Source: a virus. Taken from it: a DNA stretch of 64,000 nt. The translations under genes and the position numbers were made by a program. Below are positions 62,832-64,000 of the stretch, one piece after another (position 1 is the stretch's first letter; the number at the start of each line of letters is the position of its first letter). Under the pieces are notes generated by a model. The model did no database searches, was not told where the DNA came from, and was given only the letters and a program-made list of their open reading frames with translations. Location: the IMG/VR virus record IMGVR_UViG_3300032116_000102, positions 1-64,000 of that record, one strand, 5' to 3'.

Positions 62832-64000
62832 GGCGGCCTCAAGGGCTGCAACACGAGCGCGAAGCTGCTGAATCTCAGCGATCAGAAGAGGCACCAACAC
62901 CTGATGGTCCATTTGCTGGTAGATCGGATTGCCGTCATCATCAACGGCATCTTTTTCGCCCGTGACACAATAAGGCGCAACCTCCTGCGCCTCGTGTGCA
63001 ATCAGCATTGGGCGCTCAACGGTCGCGCCATTCATGACGCCTCTGTAAACTTTGAAGGCATCAATAGTGGCTCCGGCGTTCTCTAAATCGCCCAAGATGG
63101 TCTTAGAGCGATAATCCGAAGTAGTGTTGTATGCAACAACGCCGCCCCCACGGTTGTAAGTAATGCTGCCTCGTGGGGCATTTAAGTCTGTGGCAAACCT
63201 AGAAAAGATCTGATCCCCAGAGGTTTCGTTGCCCCAGATATTGAGAATAGCCGCTGATGTCGAAGCGTCTGACCTGAGCGCACACGTATTTACGCCTGTC
63301 TGGGAAAGCACAGAAAAGGTTGCACTAAGGACGGGGTCAGTAGAGTTAATAACCGTTTTGCCTGAACTCGTAATTCGCGCCCGCTCAGTCGGGCTGCTCG
63401 CTCCGTCGGCGGTAGTGGAGAACACTAATCTCGATCTATGGTTAGATCCAGAAGTCCAGCTACCGTCTGCGATGCCTTCAATAGATGCGCCAAGATTAGA
63501 TGAGTTGTCTGTAAAGTAAATTGCGCCAATTCCTGAAGTGCTCGCACTCGGCAAACTGTCTCGTGAAAGCTGGATGGTGCCATCAACACCGGAAGCAGCG
63601 GGGTTTCCTCTAATCACCACCCTTGCATTACTGAGAGTGTTACTAGACGTGCCAACTAACAACCTGCCGGAGCTGTCGATGCGGGCGCGTTCTGTTCCTT
63701 GTATTCCAAATAGAAGTGGAAATGCCCCACGAGTTTCTAATGTCCCCGTGCCTGCGTCTGAACGAAGCTCTACGCCCTGCGTATTGCTACTGACACGGAT
63801 AGTAGAAACACCGGAACGAGCTACCTCTAAGCCATCACCAACACCAAACGCAGGACTAGTAGTGCCAATCCCTACACGGCCTCCCGTTGTGATGTTTAGA
63901 ACTTCAGTGTTAGATACTCCTTCATAAAGGCGAAGATTACTAGAACCTGTTCCTCCGTTCGTGGGAATTAAGCGCCACTGGTTTCCGCCATCTGCCCTGC
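62829..64000 (-). CDS. Tail fibre with C-terminal intramolecular chaperone (peptidase S74); 5' end outside window
   Basis: Repeats VGIGTTSP, ERARIDSSGRLLVGTSS, RLVFSTT...ERARITSSG; YNTTSDYRSK...LIAHE...LIAEIQQL; frame open to the right edge. Confidence 0.9.
   Translation of the reverse strand, partial: RADGGNQWRLIPTNGGTGSSNLRLYEGVSNTEVLNITTGGRVGIGTTSPAFGVGDGLEVARSGVSTIRVSSNTQGVELRSDAGTGTLETRGAFPLLFGIQGTERARIDSSGRLLVGTSSNTLSNARVVIRGNPAASGVDGTIQLSRDSLPSASTSGIGAIYFTDNSSNLGASIEGIADGSWTSGSNHRSRLVFSTTADGASSPTERARITSSGKTVINSTDPVLSATFSVLSQTGVNTCALRSDASTSAAILNIWGNETSGDQIFSRFATDLNAPRGSITYNRGGGVVAYNTTSDYRSKTILGDLENAGATIDAFKVYRGVMNGATVERPMLIAHEAQEVAPYCVTGEKDAVDDDGNPIYQQMDHQVLVPLLIAEIQQLRARVAALEAA
63413..63427. 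repeat. Putative recombination core site TAGT-ggagaac-ACTA inside the tail fibre gene
   Basis: Perfect arms; encodes LVFSTT. Confidence 0.55.
63644..63658. repeat. Putative recombination core site TAGA-cgtgcca-ACTA inside the tail fibre gene
   Basis: Encodes LVGTSS; same codon phase as 63413. Confidence 0.55.
63860..63874. repeat. Putative recombination core site TAGT-gccaatc-CCTA inside the tail fibre gene
   Basis: Encodes VGIGTT; same codon phase; one arm mismatch. Confidence 0.45.

Overview
This is a 64-kb segment of a tailed dsDNA phage, most likely a cyanophage of picocyanobacteria. The host is inferred from DUF4278-, NblA- and CP12-like small genes, speD, Dps, thyX and a cyanophage-type endolysin. 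Layout: (i) 1-14.5 kb, minus strand: portal (cut by the window edge), terminase and Gly/Ala/Gln-rich putative internal-virion proteins; (ii) 15.2-38.5 kb, plus strand: early/middle region of many small genes, two SSB-like genes, tRNA-Leu, ThyX and a T7-type family A DNA polymerase; (iii) 38.6-59 kb: Dps, a protein-kinase-like gene, tRNA-Pro, sugar-nucleotide and glycosyltransferase genes, exonuclease, primase-helicase, SpeD and several HNH/EndoVII endonucleases; (iv) 59.5-64 kb, minus strand: endolysin, an arm-less tyrosine recombinase and a tail fibre (cut by the edge). The best candidate for an undescribed system is a 15-bp inverted-repeat site, (T/A)AG(T/A)-N7-(A/T)CT(A/T), shaped like a tyrosine-recombinase core. 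It marks four consecutive gene junctions of a GC-richer three-gene block. It also occurs three times in the same codon phase at module boundaries inside the tail fibre gene, at two stop codons (tail fibre and the next gene) and over the -10 box of the recombinase promoter. This suggests recombinase-driven gene-cassette and tail-fibre-module swapping. Also notable: four families of repeated, covarying structured RNA leaders (one is an H-type pseudoknot), two homing endonucleases that carry a replacement copy of the gene end they disrupt (exonuclease 3' end, tRNA 5' half), an SSB-tail mimic peptide and an unannotated mini-CP12. All calls were made by eye from motifs. No database search or folding program was run.
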